In this document: positions 29,828 to 39,496 of the stretch, one piece after another
Layout of the letters: each line of letters begins with the position of its first letter
Numbering within the stretch: the stretch's first letter is position 1
Source of the DNA: a virus
Taxonomy: Duplodnaviria > Caudoviricetes
DNA length: 64,000 bases
Virus record (IMG/VR): IMGVR_UViG_3300021431_000075
Location: 192,001-256,000 of that record
Reading direction: 5' to 3' (one strand)
The notes under the pieces: model-generated
Database searches by the model: none
What the model saw: the letters and a program-made list of their open reading frames with translations, nothing else
What the model was told of the DNA's origin: nothing
Program-made: the position numbers and the translations under genes

Positions 29828-32032
29828 TTATATCAGGCATACCGTATTTCCAGAACAGTCAACATAAGCGGAAGGTCCGACCCTCAGCACTCTGCCGTCT
29901 TCCGTAGCGCAAATGCGGAAATCAGTCCACTCGTCCAGCAGCATGTTCCCGTCACAGTCGAATATATTGTACTTAAGAACAGAATCCTGTTTCTCGACAA
30001 TCACAACCTTGTCGGGAACGGCGCCGCATATCCGGCACGGAAGTTCCTCGCCGGTTCTGAACAGCAGTTTTCCGCTCTTACACGAAAGGATGTTCATCAT
30101 CTTCTCGATGTGGCGTCCGTCGCCGTAAGACCAGACTTCGACAAAGCCGCCTCTCATGTATGTGCTTATGTGTTCGTACCAGATGTCTGAAACAAGATTG
30201 CCGTCCTTGTCTATGACCGTGTACTTGTCAACTGACGTGACGACCGCGTATTCGCTGTCGCCGAGCCTGCATGCATGGGAGACAAGCCTGCCAAGCTCGA
30301 CCGGACCCTTTCCGAACTTCAATATTTCCTTTTTACTGAAGTACGACTTGCTGGCAAGCACGAGTCCGTTCCCTACATAATTCATATCCCACATATCTGT
30401 CTTGTCGCGGCACATCACTCCGTCAGACGAGACCAAGTTGCAGTAAGCATTCATATCTTTGCCGTCACTGCCGGCAGTGCGCACGACATAGTACCTGAAT
30501 CCGTCAGCACACACATTCTTGGCAACGCTACCAAACACGCATCCTCCGAACATGACCTTTCCGGTTTCCGTATCCATGAACTGCCAGTGTCCGTTCTTCT
30601 TGGACTTGAACGCGAAGATTCCATCCTCCGGCCATCCGAGAACACGTTCGAACCAATTCTTGGACATAAGACTTCCATTCTCCCTCATGTAGTTCCAAAT
30701 CGTATCTCCGTCCACTGTTATCTTACTCAGTTCGGCAAAGCCGTTCACCATGCATCCACAATGTCCGTCGAACCATTCCTTGGATAACAGATTTCCGCTC
30801 CTGTCCACATAGTTCCATATAAGGGATCCGCTGCTGGACTTCCGGACTCTTGCCACAGTCCTCTTGCACCCATCATCCGGTTCGCCGTCCGCTTCCTCGA
30901 ACCTGATATCATCATACCATTCTTTGAACAGCAGGTGTCCTTCTGTATCGACGACATTATGCTTTCTCTCAGTGCGCCAGTCACGGCGCATTTCCTTGAC
31001 CACGATTGCAATGCCGTCCACGAACCTCTCTGTCCGTTTGCACCATTCGTCCAGCAGGGGGTCTCCGTCCTTGTCGAGAAAGTTCCCCTCCGCATAGCCG
31101 TCCGCTCCTGTTCTCATCACGGACACGAAGCCCTCAGAGAACACGCTGTCGCACATGTATCCATATTCCTGCCATGTCGTGCCGTTCATCCTCAGGTAGT
31201 TCTTGTACCGTCCGCTGAAATCCACGTACATCAGGCCGTTGTCAAGGAACCTTCCGTGCGCCGCCACTGCGAGAACCACGGTGAATTCGTTCAGACAGGT
31301 ACCGTCCGACGCGATGAAGTACATCATCTGGTTTCCAGCATCCTTTCCGAAACTGTACACGACATATCTCGTGCCTGCATCATCAACAGGCTTCACGATA
31401 CCCAGCTTTCCGGATTTCTTGACAAAGCACCCTGCAAACGTTTCGCACAAGTCAAGCGAATTAGAACAGTCCCTGCCGCAATGAAATACCCACTTTTCCC
31501 AGTCGCCGCTTGTTGTTTTCCTCTTATCGATTTCATAGAACACGCTGTAAACCAGACTGTCGCCGGTTCTCCAGAACGACTCCATCATGTTCCCGTCCAT
31601 GCTGATTCCGGATGAAAGCGCGTACTGCATCAGAACCGCAGACACGGTTCCGAGGAACTCCGTGCTTTCTTCCGGCTCAGGAAACCTCACGGCGAGCGAC
31701 AGTACGAAAGAAGGCATGTCGCTTGAAGACACAGACTCGTTGTACATGCAATCCATGAACAAGCCGATAAGCGGAAAGTCCTCAATGCGTCCGTTGGTCC
31801 TGTCGAAATCCCAGGATTCCAGAAGCCCCCTCGACTTCATCATGTCAAGAGCAGGCTCCATGACAGAACCGAAGAAAGTATCCATGACAATCTTCGGGTT
31901 CTTGTCGCTGTTGAAATAGAACAAGAACGTGTACTCAGCGACCGATTCATCCTCATCGGAGACCTTGTCCGCTTCCACTGCATCAAGCAGATTCTCGTTC
32001 ATTGCATATATCACATTCGGAAATCTTCCCAT
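29828..32032 (-). CDS. WG-repeat protein, paralog 7 of 8
   Basis: Same architecture as the neighbouring paralogs. Confidence 0.85.
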   Translation of the reverse strand: MGRFPNVIYAMNENLLDAVEADKVSDEDESVAEYTFLFYFNSDKNPKIVMDTFFGSVMEPALDMMKSRGLLESWDFDRTNGRIEDFPLIGLFMDCMYNESVSSSDMPSFVLSLAVRFPEPEESTEFLGTVSAVLMQYALSSGISMDGNMMESFWRTGDSLVYSVFYEIDKRKTTSGDWEKWVFHCGRDCSNSLDLCETFAGCFVKKSGKLGIVKPVDDAGTRYVVYSFGKDAGNQMMYFIASDGTCLNEFTVVLAVAAHGRFLDNGLMYVDFSGRYKNYLRMNGTTWQEYGYMCDSVFSEGFVSVMRTGADGYAEGNFLDKDGDPLLDEWCKRTERFVDGIAIVVKEMRRDWRTERKHNVVDTEGHLLFKEWYDDIRFEEADGEPDDGCKRTVARVRKSSSGSLIWNYVDRSGNLLSKEWFDGHCGCMVNGFAELSKITVDGDTIWNYMRENGSLMSKNWFERVLGWPEDGIFAFKSKKNGHWQFMDTETGKVMFGGCVFGSVAKNVCADGFRYYVVRTAGSDGKDMNAYCNLVSSDGVMCRDKTDMWDMNYVGNGLVLASKSYFSKKEILKFGKGPVELGRLVSHACRLGDSEYAVVTSVDKYTVIDKDGNLVSDIWYEHISTYMRGGFVEVWSYGDGRHIEKMMNILSCKSGKLLFRTGEELPCRICGAVPDKVVIVEKQDSVLKYNIFDCDGNMLLDEWTDFRICATEDGRVLRVGPSAYVDCSGNTVCLI

Positions 32033-32047
32033 CTTCTCTATTGTCGT

Positions 32048-34246
32048 TTATATGATGCTTACCGGCTTTCCTGAACAGTCCGCAAACGAGTTCGGTCCTA
32101 TCCGGACAAGACCGTCGCATGCCGGCGCTATCGGGAAAGTCGTCCATTCATCAAGCAGCCGTTTTCCGTTCACGTCGAACATGTTGTACACGAAGCGGTT
32201 GTCCTTGACAGACTGGACAGCAACAACCTCGTCCGGAGAAATCACGTAGTGCTTATGGATGAATGTCGTTCCGCTGCCTCCGAATATCAGGACTCCTGTC
32301 TTGCACGCAAGCAAGTCCCAGACATCGGACTTGTCCCCGTCATCGCTCTTGACTTGAACTCCGACAAATCCGCCGTCGATATCTCCGACATATCCGAACC
32401 AAGTATCCGAAACAAGATTGCCGTCCGCATCAATCAGATTTTTCTGCTCACGCGAAAAAACCATTGCATAGTTTTCACGGAAAGGATTGATTGACGTAAG
32501 TCCCTTGTCGATTTCAACAGGACCTGCACCCCATTTCCATAGAATGGATTCTGAGAAAATTTTCTTGCGGACATCAGCAAAACCGTTTCCGACATAGGTT
32601 ATGCTGGCGTATTCCATCTTGTCGCAGCACATCGTTCCGTCCGGACTTATCAGGTTTACAAATCCGTTCAAGAAAGAAAACTCCGGAAAAGTCTGAACCT
32701 TATAGTAATCGAAACCGTCAGTTCCGGTATTCTCTTCGACATACTTGAACACGGTTCCGCCAAACAGCGCATCGCAAGTGCCAGTGTCCATGAACACCCA
32801 GCCGTCGCCGGTCTGTGCCGCGAACATGCCGCGTTCCGGCCAACCGGCAAGACCGTTGAACCAAGTCTTGCAGACAAGGCTTCCGTCCTCTCTCATGTAG
32901 TTGTACTTGTTGCTGGTCGAGCTTTCGGTCTCTGTGAACCTGCATACCTTTGCGAACCCGTTCACCATGACGCCGCAGTCTCCGCGCAGCCAGTCTGTCA
33001 GGAGGATATTTCCGTTTCTGTCAGCATAGTTGTAATAGCGCGTCCGCGCTTCCCTGTCATACTTGCTGATTCTTGCGACAACGCGCTTGCGGTTAGGATC
33101 GAGAGCGCTGGGACCTATGTTCGGAGAATCGAAATCGACAGAGTCATACCAGTCCGAAAGGACAGGCTTTCCGCTCTTGTCAATGAAGTTGTTTACGCAT
33201 TTCTGAAGCTCATCGTCATATCTGGATATCTCGGCAATACCGTCAACAAAGTTCCCGATAAAAACACACCAGTCTTTCAACAGCAGGTTCCCGTCCTTGT
33301 CAATCAGGTTATACTCGGTACCGCCGCTATTTTTCCTTTTTGATATCTGGAAGTATCCTTCCGAGAACTCTGAATAATCTGTATCGAAGTCATACGTCAG
33401 CTTGCTTCCGTCCATCTTCAGGAAATTATATTCCGATATTGCGAACTGTACCAGCAGCAGTCCGTACTTGTTGAACTTTCCGAAACTGGCTCTATACAAG
33501 TCAACATCCCTCTCGAACATGCAATTCCCGTCAGAGTCGAACATGAACATCTTCTCATCGCCGTCCGACAAGCCGAAACTATATGCAACGAATCGACTCC
33601 TTGCGTCATCGACCGCTTCCATGAATCCCATGTTTCTTGCCATCCTGACAAACATTCCCGCAAACTTATTGCATCCGCTATTCGAATTCCAGCCGCGCCG
33701 ACCGCAATGGAACGTCCACCGCCATCCCCTTTCAAAGAATACGCTATATATGGTTTCGCTATCCTGTTTCCAGAAAGCCATTCTCAATCCGCCGTCGCTG
33801 TCCAGCCTGCATCCCACGGCACACTGAAACAAACGCGCTGATATTGTTACAATGGATTCCGCATTCTCGGCAGACTTCGGGATGGTCACATCCACTGACA
33901 AAACCGCGCCCTTGCCGTATATCTGCTTCAGGTTATTCGTATTCCTTACCCTTCTTGCATAGGTATCCAGATTCGGAACATCTTCAGCCTTTCCGCTCTT
34001 CTTGATGAAACTCCACGACTCGACCAGACCCGAAGACTTCAGCCTGCCGAGCGCAGGTTCCATTGCCGTTTTGAAGAATACGTTCTTGACAATAGCGACT
34101 GAATAGTCGCATTTGAAATGGAACATGAACCTGTACACGACACTCTCCTCGACGACGTCATCGTCTGCGACCTCGTCAGCATCGGCATCGTCAAGCAGAC
34201 TCTCGTTCAATGCATATATGCTATCCGGAAATCCTCCCATTGTCAA
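32048..34246 (-). CDS. WG-repeat protein, paralog 8 of 8
   Basis: Same architecture; the start is probably MGGFPD at 34240. Confidence 0.85.
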   Translation of the reverse strand: MTMGGFPDSIYALNESLLDDADADEVADDDVVEESVVYRFMFHFKCDYSVAIVKNVFFKTAMEPALGRLKSSGLVESWSFIKKSGKAEDVPNLDTYARRVRNTNNLKQIYGKGAVLSVDVTIPKSAENAESIVTISARLFQCAVGCRLDSDGGLRMAFWKQDSETIYSVFFERGWRWTFHCGRRGWNSNSGCNKFAGMFVRMARNMGFMEAVDDARSRFVAYSFGLSDGDEKMFMFDSDGNCMFERDVDLYRASFGKFNKYGLLLVQFAISEYNFLKMDGSKLTYDFDTDYSEFSEGYFQISKRKNSGGTEYNLIDKDGNLLLKDWCVFIGNFVDGIAEISRYDDELQKCVNNFIDKSGKPVLSDWYDSVDFDSPNIGPSALDPNRKRVVARISKYDREARTRYYNYADRNGNILLTDWLRGDCGVMVNGFAKVCRFTETESSTSNKYNYMREDGSLVCKTWFNGLAGWPERGMFAAQTGDGWVFMDTGTCDALFGGTVFKYVEENTGTDGFDYYKVQTFPEFSFLNGFVNLISPDGTMCCDKMEYASITYVGNGFADVRKKIFSESILWKWGAGPVEIDKGLTSINPFRENYAMVFSREQKNLIDADGNLVSDTWFGYVGDIDGGFVGVQVKSDDGDKSDVWDLLACKTGVLIFGGSGTTFIHKHYVISPDEVVAVQSVKDNRFVYNMFDVNGKRLLDEWTTFPIAPACDGLVRIGPNSFADCSGKPVSII

Positions 34247-34277
34247 GAATATAATTTGTCAAGATATTATAAGATAT

Positions 34278-35096
34278 TTATTTCCCGGAAAGCGTACGGG
34301 CTATCCTGTCCATGCATGTCCGGTAGTAGTCCGCGTCCTTCTCGAATCCGACAAACCTTCTTCCGGTCTCTATGCACGCGACCGCTGTCGTCCCGCTTCC
34401 AATGCAGTTGTCAAGGACCAAGTCTCCCTCGTTCGTGAACGTCTTGACCAGTTCCTTGACCAAGTCAAACGGCTTCTGCGTCGGATGCAGGTTGCTTGTC
34501 AGGATATCCCTCTTGAACCTCCAGACCTGCGTGGGGTACCGCTTGCCGGTGTCCTTGTACTCGAACGGCTTCTTGGTTCCGTTGTCTGTCAACACCCCAA
34601 GTCTGCCGCTGCCAATCTTGTTGGTTCTCTTCGGACCTGTGTATTCAATCATCTGCGGATTGTACGTGCATTGCTTCCTGTAAAATACGGATATGCACTC
34701 GACATCCTTTCCGACCCTGCGCTTGACCTGCTGAATATTCGTGAGTCTTTCCTTCTGCCAGTATATGTCATACTTGTAGTCGCTGATGTTACTGACTCTC
34801 AGATAAGACGAGAACGGTTCCTGCCCGAACAATAGCACGGCTCCGTTCTCATTGACTATCCTGCGGTAGCAACTCCATAGCCTGTCAAACGGAATCACGG
34901 TATCCCACGGACAAGCGGTCGTCCCGTATGGCAAGTCGCAAATGACGCAGTCCACGGAACCGTCCGGAATGAACTCCATCCCGTCCAGACAATCGCAGTT
35001 GTACACAGAATCCGGATCAACCACTCCGGTCTCTTTAAGATAATCCAAGTCCTTGACCGGACAGCAGCATTCATTATTGTCTATAGTGCCGTTCAT
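34278..35096 (-). CDS. N4/N6 DNA methyltransferase (beta class), orphan
   Basis: CDLPYG, HPTQKP, VLDNCIGSGTT. Confidence 0.9.
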   Translation of the reverse strand: MNGTIDNNECCCPVKDLDYLKETGVVDPDSVYNCDCLDGMEFIPDGSVDCVICDLPYGTTACPWDTVIPFDRLWSCYRRIVNENGAVLLFGQEPFSSYLRVSNISDYKYDIYWQKERLTNIQQVKRRVGKDVECISVFYRKQCTYNPQMIEYTGPKRTNKIGSGRLGVLTDNGTKKPFEYKDTGKRYPTQVWRFKRDILTSNLHPTQKPFDLVKELVKTFTNEGDLVLDNCIGSGTTAVACIETGRRFVGFEKDADYYRTCMDRIARTLSGK

Positions 35097-35332
35097 TGCT
35101 CCGGAAGAAAGGAAGCCGTATCATAGATGAACTCGAACTTGCACTCCTCGAACGGCTTTCCGCTTTTCTCATGGAATTCCTTCATTTCATTATACGCTGT
35201 CTTGAAATCCTCAACGGCATCTTCCGGCGTGTTCCCGGTTCCTGTGATCAGATATCCTGTCGCGTTCGGATCCATATACACGCTGAACGTTCCGTCAGAC
35301 GCGCGCTCGACTATCGCATTCACTATTCTCAT
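35093..35332 (-). CDS. HicB-like antitoxin N-terminal domain, lacking the C-terminal HTH
   Basis: AIVERASDG.FSVY...TGTGNTPEDAVEDF...EFIYDTASFL resembles Bacteroidota HicB-family proteins; ends at 79 aa. Confidence 0.7.
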   Translation of the reverse strand: MRIVNAIVERASDGTFSVYMDPNATGYLITGTGNTPEDAVEDFKTAYNEMKEFHEKSGKPFEECKFEFIYDTASFLPEQ

Positions 35333-35366
35333 AATCCTTATATAAAACTTAAACTTATTTATATCT

Positions 35367-36629
35367 TCAAATCAGCGGTTCGCATCTGTCCGGAAACTGC
35401 TCCCTGAAAGAGAATCTCCGCACGATGTCCTCATCACCCAGCATGAACCTTGCAAAGAGCTCGGCAACTGATACGTTGATGCTGTTGCCGAACTGCCTGT
35501 ACGCGACAGCGTCGCTGCCGTTCATGATGAAGGAATCCGGAAACGACTGTATCCTTGCGCACTCCCTCGGCGTCATGAAGCGCCGTCTCCATCCGATGAT
35601 GCTTGTCTGCGTTATGGCGACCAGAGCCGGGAAGTAAGTCGGCGGCTTCACCCTCAGTCCGCTCGGCCTGAACTGCATGATGTTGTTCCATATATCGCTA
35701 TCCGAATCTATCACGCCAGCCTGCCACTCCAGCTTCGCCTTGGCTCCGAAGAACTTCGGACACTTCCTCGACTCTGCAAGCCATCTGTCGATGAACTTCC
35801 GGTTCCTTGCGTACAGTTCCGCATTTTTTGCAGTGATGTTCCGCTTCCAGACCGGCATCGCTTCCAGCTCGCTGTTGTCAAACTTCCGGAATGCTTCAGT
35901 CCAGACCGGAAAAGACAGGTTCTCTGTCGTTCCGAGTTCCCTTATGAACATGTTCCAGTCGTCTATCAGTTCGACTAAGGAATCCTTTAGTCTGTACCTG
36001 TCTATATTCACTATCTCGCTGTCGGCATGCAATACGGACTCTACACTGCATTCAGGAATGTTCTCCGGATTGAAGCAGAAATCCGGCACTTTGCCAAGGT
36101 CGTTCCTCCTGCACACGATGAACACCCTTTCCCTGTGCTGCGGGATTCCAAGATAATGCGGACTGAATATGACAGGCTCCCTGCCGAGCGAGTACCCGAG
36201 TCCGGTCAATGTCTCGTATATGACCCTCCATGTGTTTCCGCGGTCGTGCGACGCAAGGTTCCTCACGTTCTCAAGGATGACGAACCTCGGCTTGTGCCGC
36301 TTTATGATCCTGCACACGTCGAAGAAAAGGGTTCCCTTGGTCTCGTCCGCGAAGCCGAGCCTCTTTCCGGCCTTGGAGAACGCTTGGCACGGAAAGCCCG
36401 CGCACAGCACGTCATGCTCCGGGATGTCGTTCTCGTCAACGGCGGTTATGTCAGCGGCAGGCTCGATTCTGTAGTTCTCCGCATAAGTCTTCCTGCACTG
36501 CGGGTCTATGTCGCACGCGAACACGCACTCTCCGCCGAGCCGCGTCATCGCCTGATGGAACGCGCCGACTCCGCAGAACAGGTCTATGAACCTAAAGTCT
36601 CCATTCATCTGTTGTCGTCGATTAAGCAA
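35367..36629 (-). CDS. C5 DNA cytosine methyltransferase, orphan
   Basis: FIDLFCGVG, GFPCQ, ENV, PQHRERVF, TPRECARIQSFP, QFGNS. Confidence 0.95.
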   Translation of the reverse strand: MLNRRQQMNGDFRFIDLFCGVGAFHQAMTRLGGECVFACDIDPQCRKTYAENYRIEPAADITAVDENDIPEHDVLCAGFPCQAFSKAGKRLGFADETKGTLFFDVCRIIKRHKPRFVILENVRNLASHDRGNTWRVIYETLTGLGYSLGREPVIFSPHYLGIPQHRERVFIVCRRNDLGKVPDFCFNPENIPECSVESVLHADSEIVNIDRYRLKDSLVELIDDWNMFIRELGTTENLSFPVWTEAFRKFDNSELEAMPVWKRNITAKNAELYARNRKFIDRWLAESRKCPKFFGAKAKLEWQAGVIDSDSDIWNNIMQFRPSGLRVKPPTYFPALVAITQTSIIGWRRRFMTPRECARIQSFPDSFIMNGSDAVAYRQFGNSINVSVAELFARFMLGDEDIVRRFSFREQFPDRCEPLI

Positions 36630-36662
36630 AAAGAAGTTTCAATTTTTCCTGTCAAGACCGAG

Positions 36663-37610
36663 TCAGACGTTAGACGGGTCCATATATTTACAGAGCGTCC
36701 AGTTAGACGGGTCCTTATATGCGCAGAGCGTCCTGAAGTACTCCGGCCTGTGCATTCCGAGCTTTCCGGACACGTACCGGTAAACCATGGTTCCGAGCAT
36801 GTCGCTGATTTCGTCATGCGAAGTCCATGCCGCCTTGTTGCCGGGACCTATCAGCAGGTACCGTATGGAGCCGTTCCTGTACTGTAGAAGGTATACGCAG
36901 AAGTCCCCTGTACCGGTATCTTCCGTCCACCTGTACTCGAACTTGCCGCACGTGACGAGACCGTCCGTCGGCATGAACGTCTCAACCTGCTGCCTCGACG
37001 GCTTCGCGATTCTGCAAGTCAGCTTCCATCCGTATTTCCGTATGTCAAGCAGGCAGTTCCTGTAGAGCCTGTCCATGATTTCGACAAGGTCGCTCTCCCT
37101 TCCGGGTATCTCCGAGCGCTTGACATACTTGCTCGTCACCATGTAGTAGTCATGGTCCTTGTCGAACGGACAGTTATAGTCAGCGAACAAGTACGGGATG
37201 TACATGTTCTCAAGGACGCCTCCATATGCGTACATCTGCACGTCCGAGTACATGTTGGAGTCCCCCGATGTGCTGAAGTGCAGGCAGGTCCTGTTGTCGA
37301 GCTCGTTCATGCAGTCAACCAGAGCCTCGAACTTGTCAGTACGGAAGTCGAAACTGTAGTCCCGCTCCCCGTCCTCCGTGTAGAAGTCGTCCTCCTCCTT
37401 GAAGAGAACAATCTTCATCCAGTCCTCGTCTCCGCTTGTCTGGTACCTCTTTGTCCGGTACCTCTTGGCGAACTGGCTGGTCATGAACACGCTCACGCCG
37501 AACTTGCGGCATATCCTCCTGACCCTGCGCAGCTCGTCATCGGGGACGCTGTCCCTCGTCATGTTCTCGACCCTGAACCGGTTCGACGGAACCGTGTCAA
37601 ACTCCTTCAT
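36663..37610 (-). CDS. Unknown-family paralog 1 of 6
   Basis: ICRKFGV...DCMNELDNRTCLHF motif. Confidence 0.8.
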   Translation of the reverse strand: MKEFDTVPSNRFRVENMTRDSVPDDELRRVRRICRKFGVSVFMTSQFAKRYRTKRYQTSGDEDWMKIVLFKEEDDFYTEDGERDYSFDFRTDKFEALVDCMNELDNRTCLHFSTSGDSNMYSDVQMYAYGGVLENMYIPYLFADYNCPFDKDHDYYMVTSKYVKRSEIPGRESDLVEIMDRLYRNCLLDIRKYGWKLTCRIAKPSRQQVETFMPTDGLVTCGKFEYRWTEDTGTGDFCVYLLQYRNGSIRYLLIGPGNKAAWTSHDEISDMLGTMVYRYVSGKLGMHRPEYFRTLCAYKDPSNWTLCKYMDPSNV

Positions 37611-37628
37611 TGCTATCTTCTATTCCGT

Positions 37629-38606
37629 TTATTCATTTATCTGCCGATTTGCCGCATGCATCCCTATGCGTTCCTCGACATTCTTCCTGACTTCATCAGG
37701 ACCGTACATGGCAAGCTCGCCTTCCAAGCGCAGGTTCAGCATCTGAACCGCGTACAAGCCTTTCTTGCAGTGACCGCGTCCTGATTTGTCAACCAGCAGA
37801 TTGAACACGGTGCCGGAAGAATACTGGAACACGTATATGCAGAAGTCCCAGGTCCCGGCTCCGGGACCGCATATGAAGTCAATCCTCCGGCAGAACGCGA
37901 TTCCGCCGAGTGGAGCGAACCGGGACAAGAGATGCATATCCGGCTTCGCCAGCCTGCATGCGATGCCGGTAGGACCCGAGCATATCTTCCCGACAACCAC
38001 CGCGTATGTCTCGTCGAACCTGCTTGCAAGATAGCGCTTATCCACAAGACTTGCCTTGACGTTCCTGCACCTCGCCATGACATAGTTGTCGCACTCGCTG
38101 CTGAACGGGCAGTTTCCGTACTCGCTGCGGACAACCCTCCTTCCGGGTCCGCCGCCCACGATGCCGAGCAGATCGTCGTAGGAAACCCATCCTAACCTCT
38201 CATAGTACAGCATCACGTTGCCGCCGCCCCAGTCCTCGGTTTTCGTCTCGAAGCGCAGGCTCGTCCTGCAGTCGATTTCGTGGATGCAGTCCGCAAGCTC
38301 GTCAACCCCGTCCCTTCCGTCAGGAACCGTGCCCAGCACGTCCGCGGAAAAGTCCGCAAGCTCGGTAAAGAATACGATCTCGAACTCGTCGCTTCTGTCA
38401 TATGTCTCGGCATACTCCGCGACCATCACGAAGTTGACGCCGTGCCTGCGGCAAGTTTTCCTGACAACGTCCCATTCCCTCTCGGGGATGTCGCCGCGCA
38501 TCCTTTGCCCGTACGAGGTCGTCTTATCCGCAGACGGAACTATGTCATAGTCAATCTTGAATTCCATCAGCATATGTCCATATAGTTTTCTATCCTTGAC
38601 CTGCAC
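37629..38606 (-). CDS. Unknown-family paralog 2 of 6
   Basis: TCRRHGV...DCIHEIDCRTSLRF; the start is probably ~38573. Confidence 0.8.
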   Translation of the reverse strand: MQVKDRKLYGHMLMEFKIDYDIVPSADKTTSYGQRMRGDIPEREWDVVRKTCRRHGVNFVMVAEYAETYDRSDEFEIVFFTELADFSADVLGTVPDGRDGVDELADCIHEIDCRTSLRFETKTEDWGGGNVMLYYERLGWVSYDDLLGIVGGGPGRRVVRSEYGNCPFSSECDNYVMARCRNVKASLVDKRYLASRFDETYAVVVGKICSGPTGIACRLAKPDMHLLSRFAPLGGIAFCRRIDFICGPGAGTWDFCIYVFQYSSGTVFNLLVDKSGRGHCKKGLYAVQMLNLRLEGELAMYGPDEVRKNVEERIGMHAANRQINE

Positions 38607-39481
38607 TCGTCCGGACCCGTCATTCCCTCAATGCAGAAGCTTCCGCCAGACATGTAGTCGCCAAACAGCATGGAGACTGTCAGGTTCGTGATGTCCATAT
38701 CTTCCCCGAACATGTTCACTCCGCACTTACCGTCGCTTCCGATAAGCACGACCGCCTTGTCCCCGCATCCGTACTGAAGCATGTAGACGCAGAAGTCCGC
38801 GACTTTCGATTCTGGACCGCAGATGAAGTCTATCTTCCTGCAGAACGTGATTCCGTCCACCGGCGCGCACTTGGAAATCTGGATTCTCGACGGCTTCGCG
38901 ATTCTGCATACGATGTCATATCCCTTGACGCGTATCGTCCTGATACACTTCCCGTATATCCTTGCGAACTCGTCTTCCATGATACTGCCTGCGCTCACCG
39001 CCGTCTTGAAGCGCGTGCAAAAAGCAACCATGTACTGGTACTGCCTGTCCATTGGACAGTTTCCCAGCTCTGACAAAACCACGCTGCTCTCGTCAAGCTC
39101 CGCAAGCACGTCGTCATATGTTGCGAACTCGATGCAACCGTATACCTTTCTGGCGGCATCCTGCAATCTGTCCATGCGTGCGTTTTCTGTCTTGAAGAAC
39201 AGGCTTGTCCTGCAGTCGATGTCGTTGACAAGCCCGGCAATGTCCGCTATGCTTCTCTTCGGATACGAATCGCCGCGGTACACGCAAATCAGCACAATCT
39301 TGTACAGGCATCTGGACGTGCCTGTCTTGCAAACCGCATAGTTCGCCCCGTGCATGCGGCACAGCCTCTTGACTGCAAGCATGTCTCTCTCGCACGGTTC
39401 CCTGTCAATCAGGCTACCGTGCAGGGACCTGTCCGCGGACGGCATTGTATATCTACGATAAGTAGAAATTATGTCAGTCAT
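38567..39481 (-). CDS. Unknown-family paralog 3 of 6
   Basis: LCRMHGA...LVNDIDCRTSLFF. Confidence 0.8.
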   Translation of the reverse strand: MTDIISTYRRYTMPSADRSLHGSLIDREPCERDMLAVKRLCRMHGANYAVCKTGTSRCLYKIVLICVYRGDSYPKRSIADIAGLVNDIDCRTSLFFKTENARMDRLQDAARKVYGCIEFATYDDVLAELDESSVVLSELGNCPMDRQYQYMVAFCTRFKTAVSAGSIMEDEFARIYGKCIRTIRVKGYDIVCRIAKPSRIQISKCAPVDGITFCRKIDFICGPESKVADFCVYMLQYGCGDKAVVLIGSDGKCGVNMFGEDMDITNLTVSMLFGDYMSGGSFCIEGMTGPDECRSRIENYMDIC

Positions 39482-39496
39482 AAAAAGATTATGTCA

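Noticed and set aside
16522-34246. Diversity-generating retroelement acting on the WG paralogs
   Set aside because: There is no reverse transcriptase in the window, and mismatches in the near-identical patches are not confined to adenines of one template.
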